A stretch of 43,940 bases of DNA. Source: Verrucomicrobiota bacterium. GTDB lineage: Bacteria > Verrucomicrobiota > Verrucomicrobiia > Limisphaerales > CANJXF01. The notes beneath the pieces are model-generated. The model did not search any database. It saw only the letters and a list, made by a program, of their open reading frames with translations, and had not been told where the DNA came from. This document shows positions 8,662 to 18,600 of the stretch, piece after piece. The stretch covers positions 1 through 43,940 of the forward strand of contig JBBQRQ010000038.1 in assembly GCA_038214755.1 (NCBI GenBank), written 5' to 3'. A program made the translations under genes and the position numbers. Numbering within the stretch: position 1 is the first letter of the stretch; the number at the start of each line of letters is the position of its first letter.

Positions 8662-10419
8662 TCAAGGAACCCACTGAAAGGCCGCGTAAATCGGTTGGGG
8701 ATTCGAACTGTCGCTCGTAACAATTTCCAGCAGTTTAACTTTTTTCCAGGCGGTCAAAATTTCATCATCGTCCGTTTTGAAATCCTTCAACTCGAACACA
8801 ACCGTTTGCCATCCCGCTGCTTTCGTCAGCTTTTGAATTGCGCTAAACTTTTTAGCATCCGACGCCATTTCATTTTCATAAACGGCCAGTTTCAAATCGC
8901 GCACCGTCGTTGAGTAAATTTGAAATTGCAGTTTCGCCCCATCCGGCCCGCGCCATTTTGGATCGCCCACTTTGTGCGTCCAGAGAGGAACCTGGCGCAA
9001 GGTCGTAATCCCATTTCTTCCGCCCGGCCCGGTCACGTTGGTAATCAAACAAGGAATGGGAGGAAGCGGATCAGGTGTCGGTGAGGTTGTGATCCAGCCG
9101 CCAGTTCCATCGGCAAAATCATCAATCAGCAGTGACGTCGAGTCCGTGGCTTTTGCGTGTCCGAGTTTCGCCGGAATTTTTGTAACGAAAGACGAACTCA
9201 GGCAAATTCCCGAAGCGTAATGCACATTCGCAAAAGCAAAAACCGGCTCGGTCACGTCGAGAATCGGTAACGAAGCTTTCCAGGTTTGATTTTTCTTTTC
9301 GCCTTCGACTGATCGCCAAAAACGATTTTTCGGATTGCGATTTTCGAGGGCGTAAAACAGTTCCACCTTTTGCACATCCCGAAAATTCGCTGGAGCAATC
9401 GTTAATTGCGGAACGCCTTGCTTGTCCAAACCCACAACAGCCTTCGGAGTTTTTGGCCAAATCATTTTTGAATTCTTCAGCCACGTATCCATCCAGAGCG
9501 GGAGATTATTTCCCTGCTCGCTCGCAATGTGGTGACGATAGCGCGGCGTGAAAGCCCAGCGACATTGCGCCGGGAGGGAATCAAGCGTTCGAAACGCCCA
9601 ATCCATTTTTCCATAAAAATCGTCGGTTGAATCCAGGTAAAGAATCGGACAGGTGATCAAGGGTGCGTAAGCTTCGGACGCCATTGTCTTCCGCCACAAT
9701 TTTGTCGAAGTATCGGACGCTTTTGGATCGAGTGCGCCGAATTCGTCGGGATAAGTCAGCCAACCCACACCGTAAATCGCGCATGCCGCTTTGACACGCT
9801 TGTCCATCGCGGCGAACGGCCAGGTAATTGTTCCGCCCATCGAAACGCCAAAAATCCCGAGACGATTTGCGTCCACTTCGGGTTGTTGTTCGAGCGCGGT
9901 GAGAGCGCGGCGGGAGACGCGCGTCCACAGATTCCATGAAGAAGCGCGCACCGATGGCTCAGTCGCTTCCATCTTGCCGCGAGCGTCCGAGTGATTGCCC
10001 TGCGTGAGACTTCCCCAAAGCGTGACTTTGGGGCGATTCGTCCAGATGCCACCCCAATTGAAACTCAGCGCGGCATAACCGCGTTCGTTCCAAAATTTCA
10101 GCCAGCCGGGATTCACCGTTTGTCCGCCACCGTGGATGTGTAAAATACCGGGCAAATTCTTTCCGCCGATGGGCGCGCTATAAATTGCATAGACGCGAAC
10201 TTTCTGCGCGCCATTCGTCATGCCTGTGAAATAAAACTCCGTATAATTCGCGCCGTGCTCCGCCCATTTTCTCAGGACTTCTATTTCCAACGGTTCGGCG
10301 CGGGGATCAAAATTTTTCCATACTTCTTTCGGGGTCGAGAGCTTTTGCGAAATTGTTTTCGCAGGGAGCGGTAATACGGCAGTCAGAGAGACGGCCCAAA
10401 TGAAAAATGCCAGTTTCAT
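8662..10419 (-). CDS. Exported alpha/beta hydrolase (dienelactone hydrolase/acetylesterase-like) with a C-terminal beta-rich, possibly carbohydrate-binding domain
   Basis: Signal peptide, LHIHGGG, nucleophile elbow GVSMGG after PEVDANRLGIF, STDDF and a downstream His. Confidence 0.8.
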   Translation of the reverse strand: MKLAFFIWAVSLTAVLPLPAKTISQKLSTPKEVWKNFDPRAEPLEIEVLRKWAEHGANYTEFYFTGMTNGAQKVRVYAIYSAPIGGKNLPGILHIHGGGQTVNPGWLKFWNERGYAALSFNWGGIWTNRPKVTLWGSLTQGNHSDARGKMEATEPSVRASSWNLWTRVSRRALTALEQQPEVDANRLGIFGVSMGGTITWPFAAMDKRVKAACAIYGVGWLTYPDEFGALDPKASDTSTKLWRKTMASEAYAPLITCPILYLDSTDDFYGKMDWAFRTLDSLPAQCRWAFTPRYRHHIASEQGNNLPLWMDTWLKNSKMIWPKTPKAVVGLDKQGVPQLTIAPANFRDVQKVELFYALENRNPKNRFWRSVEGEKKNQTWKASLPILDVTEPVFAFANVHYASGICLSSSFVTKIPAKLGHAKATDSTSLLIDDFADGTGGWITTSPTPDPLPPIPCLITNVTGPGGRNGITTLRQVPLWTHKVGDPKWRGPDGAKLQFQIYSTTVRDLKLAVYENEMASDAKKFSAIQKLTKAAGWQTVVFELKDFKTDDDEILTAWKKVKLLEIVTSDSSNPQPIYAAFQWVP

Positions 10420-10620
10420 GCGACAGTTTTTTTGAATGGCAAAAATGACTCAAGACAATTTGCGCAAACGGTTACTGGAGCATTAAGTTTAGGAGCATAA
10501 CCGCCTAGAATCCCAAGTAGAATCGCCCGAAGCGCCAAGCCCCTTTCATAATAGAGGGTTTATTAGTTAAGAGATCACCATGAGGACTTGGATGCGCGGC
10601 AAGTTTTGTCCGCTAAATTT

Positions 10621-13341
10621 ATGACAATGAATCTGCAAAAACGGTTTAGCGGGTCCCCCTTTTCGATTGCCCGAAAGTCACTGCCGGGATTACTAGCCGC
10701 GCTGATGGTTTCCTCCGGGCGTGGGCAAGCCATCCGGGCGTTCCCGGGTGCGGAAGGCGCGGGCGCTTACTCCACCGGCGGAAGGGGCGGGGATGTTTAT
10801 CACGTGACCAACCTCCTGGATGAAAATACCAATGGTGTTGCGATTCAGGGTTCGTTTCGATACGGCACAAAATATGGATCGAACTACACTTCCTTAATTG
10901 GCCCACGAACGATTGTTTTCGACGTTTCCGGCACCATCGAGTTGAGCGCGAAATTGAATGTCAAGAATCCCAACATCACCATCGCTGGACAAACGGCGCC
11001 CGGAGACGGGATCTGCTTCAAGAACTGGTATCTCACTTTGGAGGCGAACAACCTCATCATGCGCTACGTTCGAATTCGTCCCGGTCACGGCCCCGGCAAC
11101 GACAATGCGGCTCCGGACGGCCTGTCAATCGGTAGCGGCACCAACATGATCGCCGATCACCTTAGCACGTCGTGGGCGGGAGACGAGAATCTCTCTTGCA
11201 CGCGCAGTCCCTGGAATGTGACCGTCCAATGGTGCATCATGTCCGAGGCGTTGAACTATGGCACTCACGCTTATGGTTCGCTGGTCGCGCCGGAGCTTTC
11301 TGGAACGCGGATCAGTTGGCACCACAATCTCTACGCCAATAATCTTGGCCGAACGCCGCGCGTGGGCAGCCGGTTGTTTGCGACGAACTTCGTTTTTGAT
11401 TACGTCAATAACGTCAATTACAACTGGGGCACCGCCGGCGATTGGGGCGCGTGGGGCGTGATCGGCGGAACTCCCAATACAGAAACGGTCGATCTGAATT
11501 TCGTTAATAATTATTCCATCGCGGGCACGAATACCACGACGACGACAGCGCAGAACACCGCGCTCTCTTCCAATTTCGACACGACGAGGGTTTATCAATC
11601 CGGCAATCTCATCGACAGCGACCGCGATGCGATTCGAGACGGGACGAATACAGGCTGGGCGATGTTCCGCGGAACTTACACGCAAATGATTTCCGCTTTT
11701 TCGATTGAGCCGACCAATGCGATCACAACCACTGATGCGACGACCGCCTACTTTTACGTGCTTAATAAATCCGGCGCGAACGTCGTCCGTGACTCCGTCG
11801 ATCTTCGGGCCGTCGTCAGCGTCCGCGATCAGACTGGTCGTATCATTAACGAAACCGCCGAGGTCGGGGACTGGCCTGCGCTCAACTCGCAAGCGCCGCC
11901 AAAGGACACTGACCGCGATGGCCTGCCCGACTATTGGGAAATCGCCAAAGGCCTGAATCCAAATGCAGCCAGCAACAATGGCGATCCTGACGGCGACGGT
12001 TATACCAATCTGGAGGATTATCTAAACTGGCTCGCCGCGTCTCACGCCTTCTGTTTTGAAAATAGTTTTGTGGATATAAATCTTTTGTCGTTCACAGTCG
12101 GAATGAGTAACGCGACTTACTCGGTTTCCAACGGCACCAATGGCACGGTCACACTTTTGGGCGACGGTCACACCGCGCGGTTCACGGCTCCGACGAATTA
12201 CATTGGCCTCGCGAGTTTCACCTTCACTGCGACTCATCTCGCGAGTGGCTCGGTCTTTGGACCGGAACTGGTGGGGTTAATGATTCGCACGAATGGCCCA
12301 CCCTCCTTCACCAGTAATTCGTTTACCAAACCTGACGCGCGCATCGGGCAACCTTATTCCAATTCCATTGCGACCAATGCGACTGACCCCAATCCTGATG
12401 ATCCGTTGAGGTTTGCCAAACTCAGTGGGCCGACATGGCTTAACATCGCTGCTAACGGCGCGCTTTCTGGCACGCCTACCAACTCGGATGCGAGCACTAA
12501 TATTTTTCTCGTCAGCGTGACGGATTCGGGCGGACTTTCCAACACCGCCACGATGACTATCTACGTGACAGGCCCACCTTTCTTCAACAGTGATCCTTTG
12601 CTCAAACCCAACGCCAGTATGGGTCAAGCCTACACGGGTTCTATTGCCGGCGACGCCACCGACCCTAACACCAATGAAGTGCTAACCTTCTCGAAAGTCA
12701 GCGGTCCTGCGTGGCTCAATGTATCCACCAATGGCGCGCTTTCTGGAACGCCGGGAAATTTGGATTTGGGACCGAACAATTTTATGGTGCGAGTCACTGA
12801 TCCCGGCGGGTTGTCCGACGATGCGACGATGTCGATTGTGGTAGTCGTTCCGATAAATCGCCCGCCGTCCTTTAACAACGATCCCTTTACCAAACCCAGC
12901 GTCGTCGCGGGCCAGAGTTATTCCGGCTCACTGACCAATGACGCGAGCGACCCGGACCTCGGCGACTCGCTGAGGTATTCCAAAGTCAGCGGCCCCGCGT
13001 GGCTCATTGTGTCCACCAATGGAAATTTGTCCGGCACGCCACTCTCCAGCAATGTCGGCACCAACAGCTTCGTCGTGCGGGTCACCGACTCAGGAAATCT
13101 ATCGGACGATGCCACAATGAATATTGTGGTGACGCCCGCGCCTCCCATTCAGGCCATGATGTCACGGCAGGGAAGCGATCTCCTTTTGAGTTGGACTGGA
13201 GGCAGCGCGCCGTATCAGGTGCAAGTGACAACCAACCTCGTGAACATTGTCTGGCAAAATGTTGGAGCGCCCGTCACAACCAATCAAATGACGCTTTCAC
13301 CAAGTAACACAGCTTCATTTTATCGGATCCGCGGACAGTGA
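10621..13341 (+). CDS. Secreted PL1 pectate lyase with Ca-binding repeats and three putative Ig (He_PIG/cadherin-like) domains
   Basis: AFPGAEGAG..STGGRGG.VYHVTNL, TIAGQTAPGDG, DHLSTSW, HHNL, RTPR; DTDRDGLPDYWE and DPDGDGYTNLEDYLN; three ~95-aa repeats; C-terminal FYRI motif. Start ATG 10621 or 10627. Confidence 0.9.
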   Translation: MTMNLQKRFSGSPFSIARKSLPGLLAALMVSSGRGQAIRAFPGAEGAGAYSTGGRGGDVYHVTNLLDENTNGVAIQGSFRYGTKYGSNYTSLIGPRTIVFDVSGTIELSAKLNVKNPNITIAGQTAPGDGICFKNWYLTLEANNLIMRYVRIRPGHGPGNDNAAPDGLSIGSGTNMIADHLSTSWAGDENLSCTRSPWNVTVQWCIMSEALNYGTHAYGSLVAPELSGTRISWHHNLYANNLGRTPRVGSRLFATNFVFDYVNNVNYNWGTAGDWGAWGVIGGTPNTETVDLNFVNNYSIAGTNTTTTTAQNTALSSNFDTTRVYQSGNLIDSDRDAIRDGTNTGWAMFRGTYTQMISAFSIEPTNAITTTDATTAYFYVLNKSGANVVRDSVDLRAVVSVRDQTGRIINETAEVGDWPALNSQAPPKDTDRDGLPDYWEIAKGLNPNAASNNGDPDGDGYTNLEDYLNWLAASHAFCFENSFVDINLLSFTVGMSNATYSVSNGTNGTVTLLGDGHTARFTAPTNYIGLASFTFTATHLASGSVFGPELVGLMIRTNGPPSFTSNSFTKPDARIGQPYSNSIATNATDPNPDDPLRFAKLSGPTWLNIAANGALSGTPTNSDASTNIFLVSVTDSGGLSNTATMTIYVTGPPFFNSDPLLKPNASMGQAYTGSIAGDATDPNTNEVLTFSKVSGPAWLNVSTNGALSGTPGNLDLGPNNFMVRVTDPGGLSDDATMSIVVVVPINRPPSFNNDPFTKPSVVAGQSYSGSLTNDASDPDLGDSLRYSKVSGPAWLIVSTNGNLSGTPLSSNVGTNSFVVRVTDSGNLSDDATMNIVVTPAPPIQAMMSRQGSDLLLSWTGGSAPYQVQVTTNLVNIVWQNVGAPVTTNQMTLSPSNTASFYRIRGQ
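12292..13137 (+). repeat. Three tandem intragenic Ig-like domain repeats
   Basis: PP.F....(F/L)K...Y..S....A.DP....L...K.SGP.WL....NG.LSGTP...N.F.V.VTD.G.LS..ATM.I.V occurs three times. Confidence 0.85.
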
Positions 13342-13408
13342 ATTTCATCTGCATCGAAAACGCCAAGTTGCATGAAGCGGATAATTAGCGCGGAGTCTTC
13401 ATGTTTTA

Positions 13409-14914
13409 TCATCCGCCAAATTGTTTCCAATAGGCGGCCTTGAATGGATTTATTTTTGGCCCGAGGGCGTTTTCATTTTCCAGCGCGGGAAGAATCTCGC
13501 TCCACCATTGATCGTAGGCGGAACGCAGTTTCGTCACTACTTCGGAATGTTCCTCGATGACGTTTCGCTTTTCGCCCGGATCGGATTTCAAATCGTAAAG
13601 CTCGGTGTTGTTGACCAATTTGAAACGAGCGTTGCGCACGGCGCAGTTGGCAAATTTCGATTCTTCCGCCTTCCTTTTTTCCCATCGGCCAACATGAGTG
13701 AAAAGAAAACGGTCGGGCCAGGCGGTTTGTTCGCCCTCACCCCGGCCCTCTCCCCCGAGGAGAGGGAGAAGACTGCGCCCGTCTAGTTTTATGTGCTCCG
13801 GAATTTTTGCTCCGGCGATTTCGGCGAGCGTGGGAAAAATATCAACATGTGCCGTGAGAGAATCGCAATCGCGTCCGCCCTCGAGTTGGTTCGGCCATCG
13901 CCAGAAGGATGGGACGCGCGTGCCGCCTTCGTAGGGCGTGGCTTTTTGTCCGCGCATTCCAGCGTTAAAAACTTTCACTCCCGCCGTGCCGCCGTTGTCG
14001 GTCATAAAAATCACCAGTGTGTTGTCCGCGATATTCCATTCATCCAACTTCGCCATCAGCCGCCCAAAATTGTCGTCGATATTTTCGATCATTCCATAAA
14101 ACTTCGCGACGTTCGCGTCCACTTTGCCTTCGTAACGTTTGGCGTATTCTTCAGGGCATTGCAGCGGAGCGTGGGGCGCGTTGGGCGTGATGTAGGCGAA
14201 GAACGGCGATTTCTTTTTGCGCTTCGAGTCCATCCAGTTAATCGCTTGCTGGAAAAAAACGTCGGTGCAGTAGCCTTTGGTTTTTTCAAATTTTCCATTG
14301 TGGCGAATGGCGGGATCAAAATAAGTGTTGCCCGGCGCGTCGCCGCAACTACCGGGATACGTTTGGCCGATGCCCCCCGCCCCGTGAATGAACACCTCAT
14401 CGAATCCGCGCCGACCGGGCTGATACGCATCTTCATCTCCGAGATGCCACTTCCCGAAAATCCCCGTGGTGTAGCTTGCCGATTTCAAAACCTGCGCGAT
14501 GGTGGTCGCGTTCAAACTCATTCGTTCGCGTTCGTAAATGGTGTGCGTGACGCCGGAACGAAATTCATGTCGCCCGGTCATCAGCGCGCAACGGGTGGGC
14601 GCGCAGGTGGGGCTGACATGAAAGTCTGTGAAGCGAACGCTTTCTTTCGCGAAGGCGTCGATGTGCGGAGTTTTGACTATTGGATTTCCGGTGAATCCCA
14701 AATCACCGTAGCCTTGATCATCGGTCATCACGATGACGATGTTCGGACGCGCAGGCGCAACCGTTTGGGCGGCATCACTGATGTCTAAACACGCCATCAA
14801 TCCAGCGAGAGCGAGAAAAAGTTTTTTTCCTCCCGTGGTGGGAGAGTTCCTCCAGCAGCCACAAATTGTTTTCTCCAAAAATCCTCGCATTGATTTTTCG
14901 ATTTGATCGATCAT
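13409..14914 (-). CDS. Arylsulfatase
   Basis: PNIVIVMTDDQG, CAPTR, GKWHLG, TDNG, YEGGTRVP. Start uncertain (14914 or 14890). Confidence 0.92.
   Translation of the reverse strand: MIDQIEKSMRGFLEKTICGCWRNSPTTGGKKLFLALAGLMACLDISDAAQTVAPARPNIVIVMTDDQGYGDLGFTGNPIVKTPHIDAFAKESVRFTDFHVSPTCAPTRCALMTGRHEFRSGVTHTIYERERMSLNATTIAQVLKSASYTTGIFGKWHLGDEDAYQPGRRGFDEVFIHGAGGIGQTYPGSCGDAPGNTYFDPAIRHNGKFEKTKGYCTDVFFQQAINWMDSKRKKKSPFFAYITPNAPHAPLQCPEEYAKRYEGKVDANVAKFYGMIENIDDNFGRLMAKLDEWNIADNTLVIFMTDNGGTAGVKVFNAGMRGQKATPYEGGTRVPSFWRWPNQLEGGRDCDSLTAHVDIFPTLAEIAGAKIPEHIKLDGRSLLPLLGGEGRGEGEQTAWPDRFLFTHVGRWEKRKAEESKFANCAVRNARFKLVNNTELYDLKSDPGEKRNVIEEHSEVVTKLRSAYDQWWSEILPALENENALGPKINPFKAAYWKQFGG
13734..13770. repeat. 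Intragenic in-frame REP-like repeat
   Basis: CCCTCACCCCGGCCCTCTCCCCCGAGGAGAGGGAGAA matches the 4689-4790/1841-1910 family; it encodes LLPLLGGEGRGEG. Confidence 0.7.
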
Positions 14915-14989
14915 CGCCGTGATGTTTTAATCATACCAACGTTTTCAGGTAGTAAATAATTCAGGTAAAAAAACTGGAAATCTTAAAAC

Positions 14990-15226
14990 ATGGCAACTCC
15001 CGTCCTCAACGAAATCGAAATCCAATTTGCGCGGCTTTCCTCCGAAGCTCAACTGAGCCTCCTCGACCGTCTGAAGCGGCGCGTTCGTGTCAGCCTGTCC
15101 GATCCTCACGAAAACTGGGATGCCGAACTTTCTGCGATGGCAGCCGATCCGCAAATGCAACGGGAACTCAGCCAAATTACCGCTGAGTTCAACGTCACCG
15201 AAGACGATGGATTGGAAAGGCGCTGA
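14990..15226 (+). CDS. Putative antitoxin of the PemK/MazF toxin
   Basis: 78-aa acidic protein ending MAADPQMQREL...EF..TEDDGL; its stop overlaps the toxin ATG (TGATG). Confidence 0.7.
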   Translation: MATPVLNEIEIQFARLSSEAQLSLLDRLKRRVRVSLSDPHENWDAELSAMAADPQMQRELSQITAEFNVTEDDGLERR

Positions 15227-15573
15227 TGCCTGTCCAACGCGGCGAAATTCACTTGGTCGATCTGAATCCCGTGCAAGGCCGGGAACAGGCCGGGCGCCGG
15301 CCGGTTCTGGTACTCTCCGTGGACTCGATCAATCGCCTCCCGCTGGTCGTCACTGTCGCCGTGGGCACAAAAGGAGAAAACATCCGGCGCGATTACCCAA
15401 CGAATCTGCGGGTCTCGACGGGCGAAAGCGGTTTGCCAATGGAAACGGTTTTCCTTTGTTTCCAATTGCGGTCGCTCGACCCGAGCCGCTTCGTCGGCCC
15501 GGCAGCCGGAAAAGTTTCCGGCGCGGTATTGGAAAAAGTCGAGAACGCAGTGCGCCACTGTCTCGGACTGTGA
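15226..15573 (+). CDS. mazF: PemK/MazF-family endoribonuclease toxin
   Basis: RGEIHLVDLNPVQGREQAGRRPVLVLS...QLRSLD. Confidence 0.92.
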   Translation: MPVQRGEIHLVDLNPVQGREQAGRRPVLVLSVDSINRLPLVVTVAVGTKGENIRRDYPTNLRVSTGESGLPMETVFLCFQLRSLDPSRFVGPAAGKVSGAVLEKVENAVRHCLGL

Positions 15574-15661
15574 GCGGCCACTCACGCCGTAAAAATGTTC
15601 CAATCGGATGCGAAATATTCCGCGCAACGATTTTTCAGAGTCAGCGACCGCCCCTCCATAT

Positions 15662-18600
15662 TCATTTCAACGTTTGCAGGTAAGTCAGCAAATCCGTCAC
15701 GTCGCGCGGCTGCATGCCTTCGAGCAACCCTTCCGGCATCAGGCTGCGTTTGGTGAACTCCGCGCGGCGCACCTCTTTCATCTCAAGGCGCGTGTCCTCG
15801 ACATTCGGGCGGCGCAACACGATGGCCTCCTTGTCCTGCGAGACAAGAAATCCGTCGAGTAAATCGCCGTCATTCAATTCCACGCGAAAGATGCGGTAGC
15901 CCGACTCCATCGCCGCGTTCGGCGTGAGCACATTTCGCAACAGCGCCTCGATCCCATTCGCGCCCGCGCCGTTGAGCACGGGGCCGACCTGGCCGCCTTT
16001 TCCAGCGACGGCGTGGCAACTCATGCACAGGGTTGCAAAAAGTTTTTGGCCCTGATTCGCATTTCCGCTTTGCCCAGCCAACGCGCGAAACTTGGAAAGT
16101 TTTTCCGCCATTGCTTTGGCTTCCGCGGGATTGAGCAACGGCGGAAAGTCCGCAGTTCCCGCCACGCGCGCGCTGCCTTTCAAGGGCGGCCAGTTTGTTC
16201 CTGTGAAATAATATTGCAGTCCCGACGGCGTCACCTCTCCCTCGAAACTGCAATCAAAATCGGCGCGGATTTCCTCCGCTGTTCGCGGGCGATTCCACAC
16301 TCGGAATTCGGTCAGCCAGCCCGCCGTGTCCCGCGCCGGCGGCGTGGTGCGACCGATGCCCAAACCGGCGAACGTGTTCGTCACTGCGCGCGTGTCCGTG
16401 GCGTCGAGTTCGCCATTCAGGTAGAGATGAAACACGCCGCTGCCGTCGCGCGTCACCGCAAAATGATTCCACACATCCGGCACGATGATTTTTTTCGAGA
16501 TCAGCCGGTCGCCAATTTGTGGCCCGCAATAAATTCGGAATAGCCCCCCCGCGAAATTAAAATCCACGCCGCCCGGCACGCCGAGAATGCCGTCCTCATT
16601 GCTGATGTTCGGATCGAGCTTCAACCACGTCTCGACCGTGAACGCGCCCGCCAGCGTGAGGTTGGCGTCGGCGTAACTTTCCTTCCCGCCATCCAGCCGC
16701 AGCACTGGGCGGATCGTCAGCGCCCTCTCGCGGAGCAGCGCGGCGAGTTGCGAATCGTCGCCGAGAACGGCGTGCAATTTCTCGAGCGTGGTCACATCCA
16801 AATCGCTTTTCGGCAAAGCGCCGGAGGCAACGGCTTGCATGATGCCGCTCGCGCCTTGTTTCGCGCCGGACAAAAGGCTCAACGCGGAACGGCGTTGCGC
16901 GGCGGAGAGATCGCTCCAGAATTTGTTGAAAAGAATTTGCGCGGCCACTTGGTTTCGGGAAGAAGCGAGCGCCGCGACAGCTTCGTCCGCGACTTCCATT
17001 CGCGGGCTTTGCAGGTGAGTGAGAATTCCTTCGATTTGGTTTCCGCCCAACTCGCGCATGGCCCGGAGCGCAAGAATGATGGCGTCGTCGCTGAGTTGGG
17101 AATTTCCCGCCAGCAATGCGTCATCGATTAGCTCCTCCATCGCGGAAAGTTTGAAGCTCGAAGTGAGGCGAATCGACAGCAGTCGCGCGCTCGCGTCATC
17201 TGCCCAAAGAATTTTGGCCGTGTCCGCCAGCAGCGGCGCAAGTTTGGTCGCGTCGAAATCACGCCGGACTTTCAACAGAGCTTCCAGCGTCGCCTCGCGC
17301 GTGCCGCTGTTTTTGAAAATCGCTTTCAACGCATCGGCCACGCCGGGCTGCTCTGGAAATTGCGCCAGCCGCAAAACTTCCTCTGGCTCTGGCACGCGAT
17401 AAAGTTTGGGCAACCATTCGGCGAGTCGCGTCGCGCTCACTTTCGGCTCCAGCGCCAGTGTGGCTAAAATGCTGTTTTCCAGCGGACGGCCTTGCGAATC
17501 AAATTGCAGAAATTCCTCCACCAGCTTTGGTTGCTGTTCCAAAAACAAGCGCGCGAGATAACGCTCATAGTCGCGTTCGTAAGCTTCGCGAACTTTGATG
17601 AGCTTGCCGTTGAATGTGCTTTTGCCAAGCGGGCCGTCGAGCGGCGCGAGGTCCATCACGTTGACTAGAATTCGGATCGCGCCTTGCATTTCGATTGTGT
17701 TTTTTGCGCCGCCATTCGCGAGGTAGCGTCCGGTGACACGAATCACTTCCGCCCGCACCTCAGGCTCAGGATCGTGCGTCAACGGCGATTGATAAAACAA
17801 TTCGCCGGGCGGCAAACCCGCCTCGCCGCACGCGCGCATAGCCTCGCGCCGCACATTGCGATTGGTGTCCGTGAAAAGCGGTTTCAAGAGTGTGGCGTCA
17901 AGCTGTTGCAAACCTTCCAGCGCCCAAAGCGCGCCGATGCGCCGAGCGGCTGATTGAGATTTGTCGCCGAGAATTTTTCTCAAATCCGGCGCGAGGTTGG
18001 TCAGTTGCCGATCCGTGATCGCCTGCCACGCGAGATGATGTTGCGCCTGCGATTCGTCCCCCAGTTTCGCGAGCAACTTATCGCCGCTACCTTTCGTGAA
18101 GTCCGGCACGTCGAAGGGTTTTTGCTCGCGGTGTTTCACGCGCCAGATGCGTCCTCGTTTCTTGTCGCGATCGGGATGGTTTCGCGGAACCTCGTTGTGC
18201 GAAATAATTTTGTTGTACCAATCCACAATATAAAGGCAGCCGTCGGGGCCGAAGTGAATCGAAACCGGGCGAAACATTTCGTCGCTCGATTGAATGAAGT
18301 CCGGCAACTTCTGCAGTTCGTAACGCGGGCCATCGCGAAGAATTTTGAGCGCCTGAATTTTTCGAGTGATCGGGTTGGCGACATACATCACGTCCGCGTA
18401 CGGCTCCGGCCATGCGCCACGCGCATCGCTCAAGGCGAGACCACTCAAGCCGGTGCCGCCCATTTGAAAATCAGGCGCGGTGCCGGGAAATTCCGGCGCG
18501 TAACTTTTCCACTGCCCGCCGGAACAGCCGGGGTAATTCGCGTATTCGTGAAACGGCATAGCCGGATAGCCGAAGTCGTTCGCCTCTTGAATCCAGCATT

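Noticed and set aside
8337..8720. 127-aa ORF between pelA and the hydrolase
   Set aside because: No recognisable motif and it overlaps the convergent gene's 3' end; it could be a gene remnant but I cannot support a call.
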